This document shows positions 50,601 to 61,069 of a stretch of DNA of 64,000 nt, one piece after another. Below the pieces are notes generated by a model. It was not told the origin of the DNA. It made no database searches and saw only the letters and a program-made list of their open reading frames with translations. The position numbers were made by a program, and so were the translations under genes. The DNA lies in contig CM119384.1 of the NCBI GenBank assembly GCA_051294905.1, positions 9,424,001 to 9,488,000 on the forward strand, given 5' to 3'. Origin of the DNA: Botryllus schlosseri. Its lineage: Eukaryota. Every line of letters starts with the position of its first letter. The first letter of the stretch is position 1.

Positions 50601-53600
50601 AGTGTCAAACAAATCTTATGGCGCAGTCCGAAGTTTCTGTGACGCCGTGAATCGTTAGTAAATCAAAGTGACCCAACCCCCTTTCTATACTTTCTTCTGA
50701 ATATGTCCTGCTTGTTGTAATCACGAAGGATCGATATCCTGGTCCGAGGAATATGACGATCGTTTTTCAGGGCTTATCAAGCTATATGAGGGACGGTTTC
50801 CTTACAAATGTTTACTTTTAGAAATATTGAAATGGATTAGTCCATGTTGAAAGAAAGGAAGTCGAACGGTTTTTATCATTGTAGTGAACGAAGAAAATAT
50901 ATTTTAGAAGTGGAGGTCCTTCGGAAAAGAAAGCCGGAGAGCTCGCTTATATATTGCGACGGTTTGCGACATCACTTGATGTAATTACGACTGTACCAGA
51001 TTTCCTTTTCTATCATGCAAAATTGTCAAATGAAGCTATGGGTAAAAGCAAATTGAAAGGCCCTTTTTAAAAACCATATACACACTCTAATTGTCTGGCA
51101 AAGCGCCGAGCTATTTCGAAACCACAATGTGCTAGTGTGCCGCGAACTATTTTTCTCTTTGGAAGGGTGCCGGGAGTACAAAATGGTTGAGAACCACTGC
51201 ATTACACCCATGTTACCATGTACCAGTTCACACGCTCAAGTGACAAAAACCTATATTCAGCAAAATCCAATCTTGACCAACAGCGCAACTCTTTGGCTGT
51301 TGCGATGATGAATGTATGGAGTAGCGCCCTCCCTTCCGAAACTGTACTACGCGTTTAAGTTTGCTACTTTTCAAAAGTAAAGTAGACAAACCAGATCAGG
51401 CTTCGCAGGCTCGGTTTTACTAGCGTCTTAGGCCAATTATGCCATATGCCTGGCCGTTATCTCAGGCACGAAGCCAGCCGAAAAATGAGGGGGGGTTGAA
51501 ATAAATGGATGGGTTTCGATTGTTATCGAATTTACTAATATAGCATCAATTCATTAGGGTTAAGTATATGCATAAATAACGATTATACAACATACTCGTG
51601 TTATACGCGTATGATAAGCTTGTCCACGTGTCCGGAAGTGCTGTTAATTAGCGACTGCCTGATCTGTCGTGAACAGTTAATATACACGCACTAATCAACG
51701 CGTCGAACAATTAAAGACGCCCGCTTTTCAATGCGTTTTACGTAGCCTAGGCGACGATTCGCGCAAGTCAAAATGTACGAGTTGTTATGGAATATGTGCC
51801 ATAATGACGCCGATTGCAGGTGATTCAAACCTTACTTCTTTTATAACTCAAGGCTTGACACACAGCTTCTGATTGTTATGTTCAAGAATTAGCGATCGAT
51901 TCCACATGTGCGCACACGTCGCACATGTTTGCGGCCATCCGATGTCATTCAGTTTCGAGATGTCACTCTTTAATCACAATCGCTAATCAGCATATACCTA
52001 ACTGCATTTTATCCAAGCCATCGGGAAATAGGAGCCAAAGCAAGGTAGACCCGAGACGCGGTATGGTTAGGCTAGCGATATCTTTCGTACTAGGCCTATT
52101 GCAGATGAGATTATGTAGGCAAGAGATGATATCGTGCGCACCAAACCAATGCAGATGCGATTATGTAGGCCAGCAATGATATCGTGCGCACCGGGCCTAT
52201 TGCAGATGCGATAATTAAAACCAGCGGAACTGGGCTTGTTGGAGACGTGATAGATCAGGCTAGCAACGATTGCCGAGCGCGCGCCAATGAATGACCTAAT
52301 TTCGCAATCATCTCAGCGGGAGATCGTGTCGCATTACATTGTGCAGTTCACTGCGCACGGACGAATCTGGCAAATAATTGGCAACGCGCCTTCCGTTAAT
52401 TGGCCGCGCGCAACACTATAATACCACTTATTGAATTGTAACCGAGTATTAGCGTCAGAACGGTCATTTGAAAAGGACGGGGTTTCACGTGGAGGGAGTT
52501 TCGCGCTTCCAAACCCCCACTTGGCTACGCGCCTGGTTATGTTTCTTTAGCTTCATATGACTACATTATTCGTCGTGATTATAAATATTTTTTCTGTTAT
52601 GACTGGCAACTAAAATATATACGGAAGGCTAAACTCAGTCAATTAATGATCTTAAGTTTCCGATCTTACATACGGCACATACATAACTGTTCATCTGACT
52701 TGAACTGCACTTATATGCAGAAATATAAATATATATATTATGTTTATATGACAGCTTCATTATTACAATCAAATTAGTATCTCAATAAATACCCGTAGTT
52801 GTGTCGACGAAAGGGTCCGAACGAGCAATTGTTGTAAGGACATAATTAGCACATAACGCAGCTGGGGTAGTCACGGAAGCATCTGCGAACAAAATAAGAT
52901 ATGGTGTCGCTTATTTACTAGTTTTCGTACTCCACATAGGAGACTATAAATCATTTGTTTTCAACGTTCCTATGGTGAGCGTGCATTACTTAAAACATGA
53001 AAGCTCAGGACCTTCGCCCAGACCTATAGTTCTGGATAACCACTAAAAGCTGATTACTAGAAAAGGTCAGAACCTTCGGGGTTACCACCTTACGACCGCC
53101 CTCCTACGGATTGAAAACCACTGTAATAAACCCTAAAAGCCTGAAGCTGTGTGTTCCACTAGTGTGAATGTAATCAATTTCTATTCGCGACTGTTGCTAC
53201 GTACTAGTATACTCTGTATACTCACCTACAATGTAGACTTGCAATAGCTTTTCATCTGAAAGAGACCTGCAGTAGTAATCTCCAGAATCTTGCACAGTCG
53301 CGAAGTTGTAAAAGTACAATCGACCATCCAGTTGTTCAACAGGCTTCCCCGATGGAAACTCAGGTACCGTTGTTCCGCCATTCCACCACGTTAAATTTTG
53401 GTTTGAAACCGACCGACAGATCACATTGGCGCCAGTGCCAAGAGGAATAACTATACATCCACCTTCCGCATCACCGTAAAACGAAAGGTCGTCTGTCGGG
53501 AATACATTGTCGTTTGTTAGTTGCATTAATATAAATATAATATTTCAAGATGAAACAACCCGAACTCAGTTCGATACAAATCTGCTGAACGTTCTATTCG

Positions 53601-55225
53601 GAAATTTCTCTTACATGCTGATCAGTGATAAATTAGAATGATTTTTTTGACAAAATTTTGACTTTTTTTGACATGTCAAAAAATCGCCCTATACTGATAA
53701 TAATATGAAATGTTGTTACGTGTAGGCCATGGATATTGCCTTGTTGGTAATAAATATTGCCGTTTAGCTGTATAAAAATAATAATATACTCCCGGTAATC
53801 ATTTGTCAACTAGGTCGTTTCAATTCATTGTCGCGCAATGCCTTTTGGAATACCAGCAGAATCGAGTGATAATGTCAGAAGTATAGGGCTCCCGGGCACA
53901 ATGATTCTAGTACTCAAATTCGAATCGACTATTAATTGTAATGATTGGAGTAAAGTGGTGAGAGACGAATTTTTCCGAGTACTGATACTGACTAACATTT
54001 TTCAACGATAATTGCAGTCTTGGTGCTTTTTTCGTGGAAGCCTTGAAACATCAATTGCTCTTATTACCGCAGTACGGAGCTTAGCAACTTAGCCGCAGTG
54101 GTTCTCAACCTTTTTTTAGACACGCCCCCCTTTTTGATAGTGAAAAATTTCGCGCCCCCCTTATCGTCATATCACAAAATCCAACTGGGATGCTAGCAAC
54201 CCCAACAGATTGTTTGGTGGTATGGATGGTTATGAATGTTGATGAGAGAATAAAAATATATGAAATTGGATCTATATAGAGAGAAACCCGCGTGCATTGT
54301 AGGCAAATCGCGCAAAGCGCAAAAAATTTTTTCAGTTGACCGCTTCTTCGCGCCCCCTTCAGATGTTTCACGCCCCCCAAGGGGGGCGCGCCCCCCAGGT
54401 TGAGAACCCCGGACTTAGCGGAACTAATATTTCTGTGAAGCCGTTATCAACACGCAGCATTGTCAGCACACAGTCCAACGAAGTCGATGTCCAAAGTCCA
54501 ATGGTCGACGAAATGCCAAATTATATCTTTATGTGGTGTAGAAGAGGCAATAGTTTTTGTGGTCGCATATATAAGAGGCACACATATGAACTTTCCATAT
54601 AATTCACACTATTATGACATCATAATAGGTGATGATCAAACACTCGACTCGAAGACTCCGTGGATTTGTAATCCATACTCAATTCAGAACCGAATCAGGA
54701 AGGTACTCGATTTTGCCCTCGCCTAGTAGGCAGTAAACATAAAATTCCAACGGGGACCCCATCGAAAAGGTGACTAGCTAATTAATAGCAGGTTGAAAGA
54801 ATTGTGACATGGCGGTATAGACGCATAGTACTATTTAAGCTTACTGTAGAAGTTGTTGGAGCAGTGATAGACGCTGTCGCTAATCGACTTGTAATAGCTC
54901 AAGTTCGTCGAGGCAAACGATGCTAGTCATATCCTAACAGACAAATGTCATTGTGAGTGACCAGACCATATACAATGTAAATGCGCTTTCGGCACCACGC
55001 ATTTGACAAGTTAGTCACGTGCCGCACCTGTCCCCCTAATAATTTCATATTCAACCGCAATATCATCGCCATATAGTTTGTGAAGATGAGTGTTGAAATC
55101 CGGCCTAAAAGTTGTGAAAAAAAAAACGATCCATACTAACCTTCAGCAACGGCTTGACGAAAACACCATGATAGACATGATATCGTTATCATAGCGAGTA
55201 CGGTATTGCTGATCGTAGAAGTCAT
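24753..55225 (-). CDS. Gene model (15 exons, about 612 aa): single-pass type I membrane protein with SP-Ig-microexon stalk-EGF-HormR-GAIN-GPS-1TM-acidic tail; adhesion-GPCR-like ectodomain lacking 7TM
   Basis: Exons 55225-55141, 53492-53226, 44167-44141, 43583-43557, 38863-38831, 38760-38659, 37049-36870, 36493-36267, 34309-34221, 33622-33492, 32368-32246, 32029-31869, 29941-29804, 28980-28846, 24866-24753 join in one frame (1839 nt) with AG/GT ends. Further unrecognised exons in the long introns cannot be excluded. Confidence 0.72.
25589..26572. mobile_element. hAT MITE (CAGTGGTTCTCAACC TIR) with nested SINE at about 25685-25930
   Basis: Perfect TSD AGCTATAT. Confidence 0.93.
26688..26966. 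mobile_element. Near-perfect 279-bp palindromic MITE, TA-flanked
   Basis: Arms of about 128 bp with few mismatches around a short loop; a related fragment lies at about 25255-25315. Confidence 0.88.
28846..28980 (-). CDS. Single transmembrane exon (GLSPGAIAGIVIGSVAAAALIGGGIYYFAVVKKKK)
   Basis: Type I TM signature followed by a poly-Lys stop-transfer; tgaag acceptor (weak tract), gtatga donor, phase 0-0. Confidence 0.82.
29804..29941 (-). CDS. GPS-motif exon (CQRW...WGDGGC...CICSEPGEYVAI)
   Basis: Four Cys and two Trp in GPS spacing; atttttag acceptor, gtgagt donor, phase 0-0. Confidence 0.88.
30251..31166. mobile_element. hAT MITE (CAGTGTTGGGAT TIR, GACTCGAGTC arrays) in the GAIN-GPS intron
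   Basis: Perfect TSD CTTGTCAC. Confidence 0.93.
31869..32029 (-). CDS. GAIN-B-like exon (TYRVSFRAY...LF...VLSASI...FVFNF)
   Basis: ttttgcag acceptor, gtaagc donor, phase 1-0. Confidence 0.82.
32246..32368 (-). CDS. GAIN-like exon (ATFAAEEGW...GTGV)
   Basis: attctcag acceptor, gtaaga donor, phase 1-1. Confidence 0.78.
33492..33622 (-). CDS. GAIN-like exon (ILTSIDELSAIV...NIALAVVSI)
   Basis: tcgttacag acceptor, gtaagt donor, phase 2-1; NIAL-x-V resembles the GAIN A/B junction. Confidence 0.8.
33649..33996. mobile_element. hAT MITE (CAGTGGTTCTCAACC TIR)
   Basis: Flanks atataagc / gtataaga. Confidence 0.82.
34221..34309 (-). CDS. GAIN-like helical exon (QAGQSIDVYNNLLQVID...)
   Basis: tttatatag acceptor, gtaagt donor, phase 0-2. 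Confidence 0.75.
36267..36493 (-). CDS. HormR-like second part plus start of GAIN-like region (AIARCNEASGIY...TDC...)
   Basis: gttttag acceptor, gtgagt donor, phase 1-0. Confidence 0.82.
36870..37049 (-). CDS. HormR-like domain exon, first part (ACSATTQ...GSWTQSTEKCTESCVVP)
   Basis: cacag acceptor, gtaacg donor, 180 nt phase 1-1, open frame. Confidence 0.8.
38659..38760 (-). CDS. EGF-like domain exon (CTKECVNGGTC...CICLPGFSGDSC)
   Basis: Six-cysteine EGF spacing; long pyrimidine tract plus cag, gtacac donor, phase 1-1. Confidence 0.92.
38831..38863 (-). CDS. 33-nt microexon (E)TTFSGDGGTE
   Basis: ttgttttgtag acceptor, gtggga donor, phase 1-1, 70-nt intron to the EGF exon. Confidence 0.55.
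40507..42322. mobile_element. Large foldback element (TAGG...CCTA termini, about 340-380-bp inverted arms) with a nested MITE
   Basis: Arms about 40507-40890 and 41985-42322; flanks gtgtacgc / ctgtacgc; interrupts a repeat seen intact at about 19360-19600. Confidence 0.82.
41138..41331. mobile_element. Small MITE with CAATGTTCCCTCTAA TIRs and TGCGCA repeats
   Basis: 15-bp perfect TIRs. Confidence 0.88.
42540..43145. mobile_element. Partial CAGAGGTGGTCA-family hAT element
   Basis: Ends tgaccacctctg; body similar to about 17620-18110 and 10140-10470. Confidence 0.78.
43557..43583 (-). CDS. 27-nt microexon (D)AQNATAGM
   Basis: attttcag acceptor, gtaagt donor, phase 1-1, N-A-T sequon; paralog of 44141-44167. 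Confidence 0.7.
43625..43942 (-). mobile_element. SINE (B-box head GGGTTCGAATCCC, TACATA-like tail), possibly 5'-truncated
   Basis: 14-bp TSD AGGAAGCAGTAACT at 43611-43624 and 43943-43956. Confidence 0.85.
44141..44167 (-). CDS. 27-nt microexon (G)AQNTTAVT
   Basis: atttacag acceptor, gtaagt donor, phase 1-1, N-T-T sequon. Confidence 0.7.
44583..44614. repeat. (CT)n microsatellite
   Basis: Direct reading. Confidence 0.95.
47200..47505. mobile_element. hAT MITE (CAGGGGCTCCCAACC / GGTTGAGAACCACTG)
   Basis: Flanks gtgtaaag / gtgtaagg; inverted homolog at 54096-54412. Confidence 0.88.
50138..50270. repeat. Three copies of a 32-bp unit (tcgaattataagcataaccaattaaccatcca) with an (ATCC/ATTC)n expansion
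   Basis: Direct reading. Confidence 0.85.
52092..52215. repeat. About 2.5 copies of a 50-bp tandem repeat
   Basis: tgcagatg(a/c)gattatgtaggc...atgatatcgtgcgcacc repeated. Confidence 0.85.
53226..53492 (-). CDS. Immunoglobulin-like domain exon
   Basis: ANVIC...LTWW...DGRLYF...QDSGDYYC; ctaac branch-like motif with cgacag acceptor, gtgagt donor, phase 1-1. Confidence 0.9.
54096..54412. mobile_element. hAT MITE, same family as 47200-47505
   Basis: CAGTGGTTCTCAACC start; acttagc occurs in both flanks. Confidence 0.85.
55141..55225 (-). CDS. Signal-peptide exon (MTSTISNTVLAMITISCLSWCFRQAVAE)
   Basis: ttattttcag acceptor 1 nt before ATG, gttagt donor, phase 1 matching the Ig exon. Confidence 0.75.
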
Positions 55226-56072
55226 GCTGAAAATAACCAGATGTATATATTATCAAGTTAACAGCTTTGGTTGCAATTCACAACATATATATTATAGGTT
55301 ATATATCTAATGATTTTATTACCGATATACTGATGGTGTAAATGGGAAACATTGTACACGTCAAATATCCGGAAAGTTTTTCGTAAGAAGCAACAATGTT
55401 GCAGACAACACCGCATGAAGTCTTATGGGAATGTTGCAAGTTAGCCTACTCTTTCAACGTTAATTGTAATTTCAAGTTGATTTTTTGCACTGCTTTATAA
55501 TCTCCGAAAATATACGAAATATACCACCTACATCACCTATTCATTAGAAAAGTTCCCACTCAAGAATTTGTTTATGCCTTCAACACTTCAATAGCCTATA
55601 TAAGCTCCGAAGCATATAGTATAATTTACTTATGTTTATGGTTGGTGGTATAGTGGGTATTCATTCAATTCATTTATTTCTAACATTGGATTACCTGATT
55701 TTTTCCCAACAAAATATCTAGCTTTTTATACAGTCTGCCTCAAACATCTGCAAGTTCTACAATGTACATTATACATAATATAGCCTACTCTTGCGATACC
55801 ATCGTGTGCGATTTTGAACGCAATGTCTTAAATACGCCAGTATACCTATACTACCTCTTCAGATCAAAATTCAATATTACGTTTTGGCGGCCCACTGTTT
55901 GCTTATATTCATTACAAACATCAACCCCCTGTGTGTATAGCAGCTGATTGCACATGCACATACTGGCAACACCTATAAGACCGCGGCGGCCTGCATGGGC
56001 TCGAAAGTAGCGTGACAATTCATCGCAGCAGTTGCCGACTCGTTACGATTTTCTGATGACTCAACTTGACTC

Positions 56073-56240
56073 CAGGGCTTTGGAGCCGGAGCCGGAGCCG
56101 GAGCCCGGAGCCGGAGCCCCGGAGCTGTGCATTTTTACCGGAGCTGGAGCCGGAGCTGGAGCTGGAGCTCTACATAAAATTCAGCCGGAGCCGGAGCCGG
56201 AACTGGAGTCAGTTATTTGAGGGGTAGCTCCGGCTCCGAC
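56073..56240. mobile_element. GGAGCC-repeat MITE (CAGGGCTTTGGAGC terminus), partial
   Basis: (GGAGCC/GGAGCT)n arrays; relative at 61070-61202. Confidence 0.7.
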
Positions 56241-57537
56241 GTATTTCATAAGAGGCTATTATATATGCAACAACATATCTGCTGATTTCACATAATTTAA
56301 CAGCAGGCTTTCGCGAAATTAAGAATCTTTTCCTCTTTGGCGGTACCTTTTCCGACTAACCATGTTCCTGGGGGTTTAACAGCAGAGCAGTCATATGTTC
56401 AATGTTGGATTTCCATACATGAGTGCCGAACCTCGCGGTATGCGAAATATGCCTGTGAATATTGTGTGTATTCGGCATTCCCGCAATTTCATCATCAGCA
56501 CTACCTTACCTTGTTGGCCAATTGTACTGCTCGAAAATAATGATGACTATGTATTACGCGAAATGGGAGAGAGGATATAAACGTGATTTCGTTGCTCATG
56601 TCGATCTGACGAGCACGAGCGGAGAAATTCCATCTCATAGTTGCTATGAATTGGATGAGCAAATACTCATTCTTTCGTGTTAGTTCTTTAATCGGGCCGC
56701 GAAATTGGACAGTATTATTGCGTATGCAATTATGCATGCTAATTTGAATTCATTACTGCTCATGATCGTCATTCACTCCAGTGTAAGGATTTTCGAGCGT
56801 AAATAGGGGATTGCAGAAGAATAGCCCAAAATCGCCGGTACACTCAGCAAACAATTGTCGGGGTGTGAGCTACTAAATGCGATATCAGGAGTCATGGTAT
56901 TTTATGTTGGTGAAAAATTACTGATTTGATACGCGATTTCCAATTTGTAATCATCTGTTTCGTAAATTCATTCTTGATGTCTTCTTGATACTCTAGTTAT
57001 TCCCGGATTATCGCGCACTGTGACTTGTAAATGTGGAGTGTGCATTCTGCATAGTTTAATTCGTTATGGGCATGGCGCAATGTGCATGGCACAGTGTTTA
57101 ATTCGATTATTCGATTCGTTTCAACGGGAAAATATTATATTCCGATAAACTTGATCGACACGGGATGGACTGGTAACGAGTGCACCAATATCGAACGTCA
57201 AACCATTGGCCATTGGTACAAATCGAATTTCTATTGATCACGTCGTGATATCCGCCCATATTGCTCTTACTACAGTTACAGTTGAATAATAATCGCACAT
57301 TTAAAGATTGAATTGAGCTGTATGGCTTAATGTTAACGAGTACAGTACCAGCGTTAAAACGCCGCATCAGAATTTTAATGCTGTAGACAGCAATGCCACC
57401 GAGTAAAATGCGTTCTAGTGCGACTATGATGTTTTCGACAATTATCAAGTATTCAATATGACGTCACAAGCCGGCACGGCGGCACCTAAGTCTTCGTTGC
57501 TGCATCCGATGTTACTGACGGCTGACAGACTCTAGAG

Positions 57538-59600
57538 CAGTGGTTCCCAACCTTTTATTTCCCGTGGCCCCCTTGCGCAGGCTTCTAGCACTGGTGGCTC
57601 CCTGCTTACCACTAAAAAAAGATTTGTTTGAACGTGCTTGCGTTTATTATTTTAATGCCATCTTTGATGGTGTTCAAAAGCAAACAAAACAAAACGAAAC
57701 AAAGTCAACGAAGTTTAATTGACCATCAATGCGAGATTTGCTCTTGGGATCGTCTGACGAGGCTCTTTATATTTGGCTCAGTCTTTGACACAGCAAGACG
57801 AATGTCACTGCCAACATCGAGACGGTTTCTAGATTTTGTTTTGATGGTAGCCAGATCAGAAAACCCAGATTCACAAAGATAGGTTGTGGCAAATTGAACG
57901 AGCAATACAGAAGCTTTCTTGCTGAGTAGCGGATATGAATCGTAAAGAGACATCCAGAAACTGGCAAAAGCTTCTCTGTTTTCAAAAACCAATTTTAGCG
58001 CATTTGAAACCTGTAGTTCTGCCAGTTCCCCTACCTCTTCTTCAATAGGGTCAATTTCGGTGTTGAACGGGTCTTTGTACCACGGAATATGCACACGTTT
58101 TTCTGGAAAATAAGATTCAAACTCAGCAGAGACGATTCTCAGGTGCTCAGAGATGCAAGTTTGGATGCCCACGGGTAACTCAACTTTTTTAATTTCCAGG
58201 TATTGGCTTAACAGAGGGAACGAGGAAGTTGAGCGTACCTTGATTCGTTCTCGCCAAACTCCAATTCGAGCGCATATTCCAACTAGTTTATCTTGAACGT
58301 CACCGACTGTTACATCACGGCCTTGTCGGGAAAGGTTCATTTCATTAAAGCACCCAAATACATCTGCCAAATACGCCAGTATCATGACAAACTCTTCATT
58401 TTGAAAGTGGGCGTGGAAATTGTTTTTGTTTTCTCGCAGAAAGATTTCCACCTCAACACGGAGTTCATATAGCCGAGAGAGACATTTCCCTCTGGATAGC
58501 CATCGAACATTTCTATAAAATAGGAGCCGAACATGTTCAGCTCCCATTTCTTTGGTAAGAATTTGAAAGAGTCTGTGGCTTTGGGCCCTCGCACGTATGA
58601 AGTTAATCACTTTTACCGCGTCGTCCATAACTTTCATCAAACTGGAAGGTAGAGTTTTTGATGCAAGAGCGTACCGATGTAATGAGCAGTGCGAGGACGT
58701 CACGTGGGGCCATTCTTTCTTCACAAGCGTGACGAACCCCCCTTTGACACCAACCATCGCTGGAGCACCATCCGTACATATATGTTTGAAATTTTGCCAG
58801 CCGAGTCCATTCGCTTCGAAAAACGAGTTCACAATAGTCTTCACATCTACTGCGGTGATGGTGCCTGGCATGGTATTGCAAAACAAGAATTCTTCTTTTA
58901 TCTTTCCCTCTTTTTCATAGCGAGCAAAGGCAATCAAGTGATTTTCCAGAGCGCAATCAGTAGATTCGTCCAGCTGAAGGCTAGCCTGAATCTTGCTTTG
59001 CTTGATTTCAGAGCAAACTTGCTGACATACAGTAACAGTCATATCGTCAATGCGTCGGCGAATCGTATTATTTGAAAGAGAAATCTGCTGAATCTTTTTC
59101 TTTTTTGCAGGTCCTATCAGTAGTTCTACCATTTTCTCCGCACATGGCTTGATAAGGTCCTCGGCTATAGTGTGCGGCTTCTTGCACCTTGCAATCCGAT
59201 ATGCCACTTCATAGCTGCATTGAAGAGCTATGGATTTTCCTTCGCCAGGAATCCGAAATGGTTTAGTGTTGCTTCACGGTCGAATCGTACTCGCTTAGCA
59301 GCCAAAGCATCGTTGCCAACGTCATTTCTCCGCGGATGATTCTTGTCGTGGTGGTTTCTGAGTTTGGATGGACGTAATGACGCATTGGACATAACATACG
59401 AGCAAGGCATACATTGCGCGCATTCTAGGCAATCTCGGAGAACTTTTGTAAAGCCGATAAGTAACATAACTTTCTTTCCATTTTCGAACTTTAGGCATTT
59501 TGAATTTAAAATTTACGGTAATTTCTTTTTGAGTCTAAAATAGGCTAGGTTTGACCGTTGGTTCTCTATACTTGATATGAAAAGATTCAATTCCGTTATT
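57538..59600 (-). mobile_element. Formerly autonomous Buster-type hAT element; one TIR present, the other not found
   Basis: CAGTGGTTCCCAACC begins at 57538, preceded by ctcTAgag; no matching TIR or TSD seen beyond 59500, so the right boundary is approximate. Confidence 0.8.
57726..59498 (-). pseudogene. hAT (Buster/Charlie-type, ZBED5/SCAND3-like) transposase; 493-codon DDE core intact, BED-finger N-terminus broken by two frameshifts
   Basis: SLQLDESTD, ICTDGAPAMVG, HCSLHRYALA, VRWLSRGK, TTYLCESGFS in ORF 57726-59207. C2H2 BED (CMPC...PSKLRNHHDKNH) lies in another frame (59228-59467) and MPKVRKWKESYVTY starts at 59498 in a further shifted position. Confidence 0.9.
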
Positions 59601-59668
59601 TTGAGCCCCTGAGAACGAGACTAGTAGCTGCATTTTCTTGACGTAGCCTAATATAACTATACCGGGTT

Positions 59669-59722
59669 ACTCATCAAACTATACTCATCTAACTATACTC
59701 ATCAAACTATACTCCTCAAACT
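59669..59722. repeat. About four copies of the 14-bp unit actcatcaaactat
   Basis: Direct reading. Confidence 0.85.
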
Positions 59723-61069
59723 TCACCATCGCATCACTTTCAAAAGTTACCATGCGGTGGAAGATCAGCTAAATACGTCACATTGCTTGTTTATGATGAT
59801 AGGACTTGACTGAAAATTGTGATTTGTACTTGGGCACGACGTTTTGTAGAATTACTCGAACGCGTACTGAATGGGAGAAAAATAAGGATGACTCGAGTTG
59901 AGTCGGGCGAAACGTTACAATCAGAGAAGGACATGTAACTCTGAAAACCGTGACTTGGTACAATCACAGATGCAACTAACTACCAAGGTGCTATAGTAAA
60001 TGAACTGAACAAACTGAAATAGGATAATATCAAAAGGGCGTAGCTTGCGTTGCGGAGCGTATTTCGCTATCAAAGTAGGCCGGTATGGCAACCATTGACA
60101 TACTGTCCCCCCTCTTAATGTGAAGTTAGTTATTTTCTGCGTAATATTGGGTCTCTTTAACCATGGTAATATTGCCTATTGAAGGTGACGAGTATAAAGT
60201 TGCGGTGTTACGTTCCATTGCTGTAACACCAACGGATTCGTCAGCGACTAGAAATTTATATTGCTGTGGCACATTAATCAGTCGGCAGTTGTCATTGATC
60301 TGTAAATCTAACGCTGATTTAATTTTACTTTGGTAATGGCATGATCAATAGCCAAGTTATCAGGAGTATGCCCGCAACCCAGATTAGGATGTATTGCTCC
60401 AATGCTTCGATCAGATCAATATTTGTTAAACTTTTATATCATCTACCAACAATTGCGGCACGTCAAATGTCCGCTAGCTGCCAAATTATAACGCAACAGC
60501 TTTTACGATGTCATGAGATACATTTGTACTCTCGCATGGTGTCTATAACTACATATTTTGACAGACTATGCCAAGTACAACAACAATTTTATTCAAACAT
60601 TTTAAAATGTGATATTTTTCGTACCAGGCGTGAATTCACAATAGTATAATTGGGAATATAGTTAGACTCAATCGGCTAAATCAGGCGTTTTGCATTTTCA
60701 GGTAGGGTTAGGCTACAAAGCAAGAAATCGTGTGACAATTAAACACGCGAAGAAAAATTTTACTACCTTTTTTAGTTTATTGTAATGTACAACGATTTTC
60801 TAAAAATGTGCCTGGACCCTGGATCTGCCAATGTGTCGGAACTGATATGTTAGTCATCAACATCCCAAGTGTCGCGGCCAGACTAATCATATTTTTGGTT
60901 GGCCTTACAAGTTCACAATCTGAGCAATTCAATTTCGATAAACAGAATTTCGATAATACAACGTGAAATTAGCTCGCGGGCTACTCAAAACCTTCTCGTG
61001 GGTCACATATAGCCCGCGCGGGCCGCGGGTTGCCCACCCCTGATATAGACAGACACCTTCGATAGTTTT

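Noticed and set aside
56032-56220. EPEPEP / GAGAGA ORF
   Set aside because: Translation of GGAGCC subterminal repeats of a MITE.
57767-59075. Several ORFs overlapping the transposase (58597-58920, 58689-59075 and others)
   Set aside because: Antisense or off-frame shadows of the transposase ORF.
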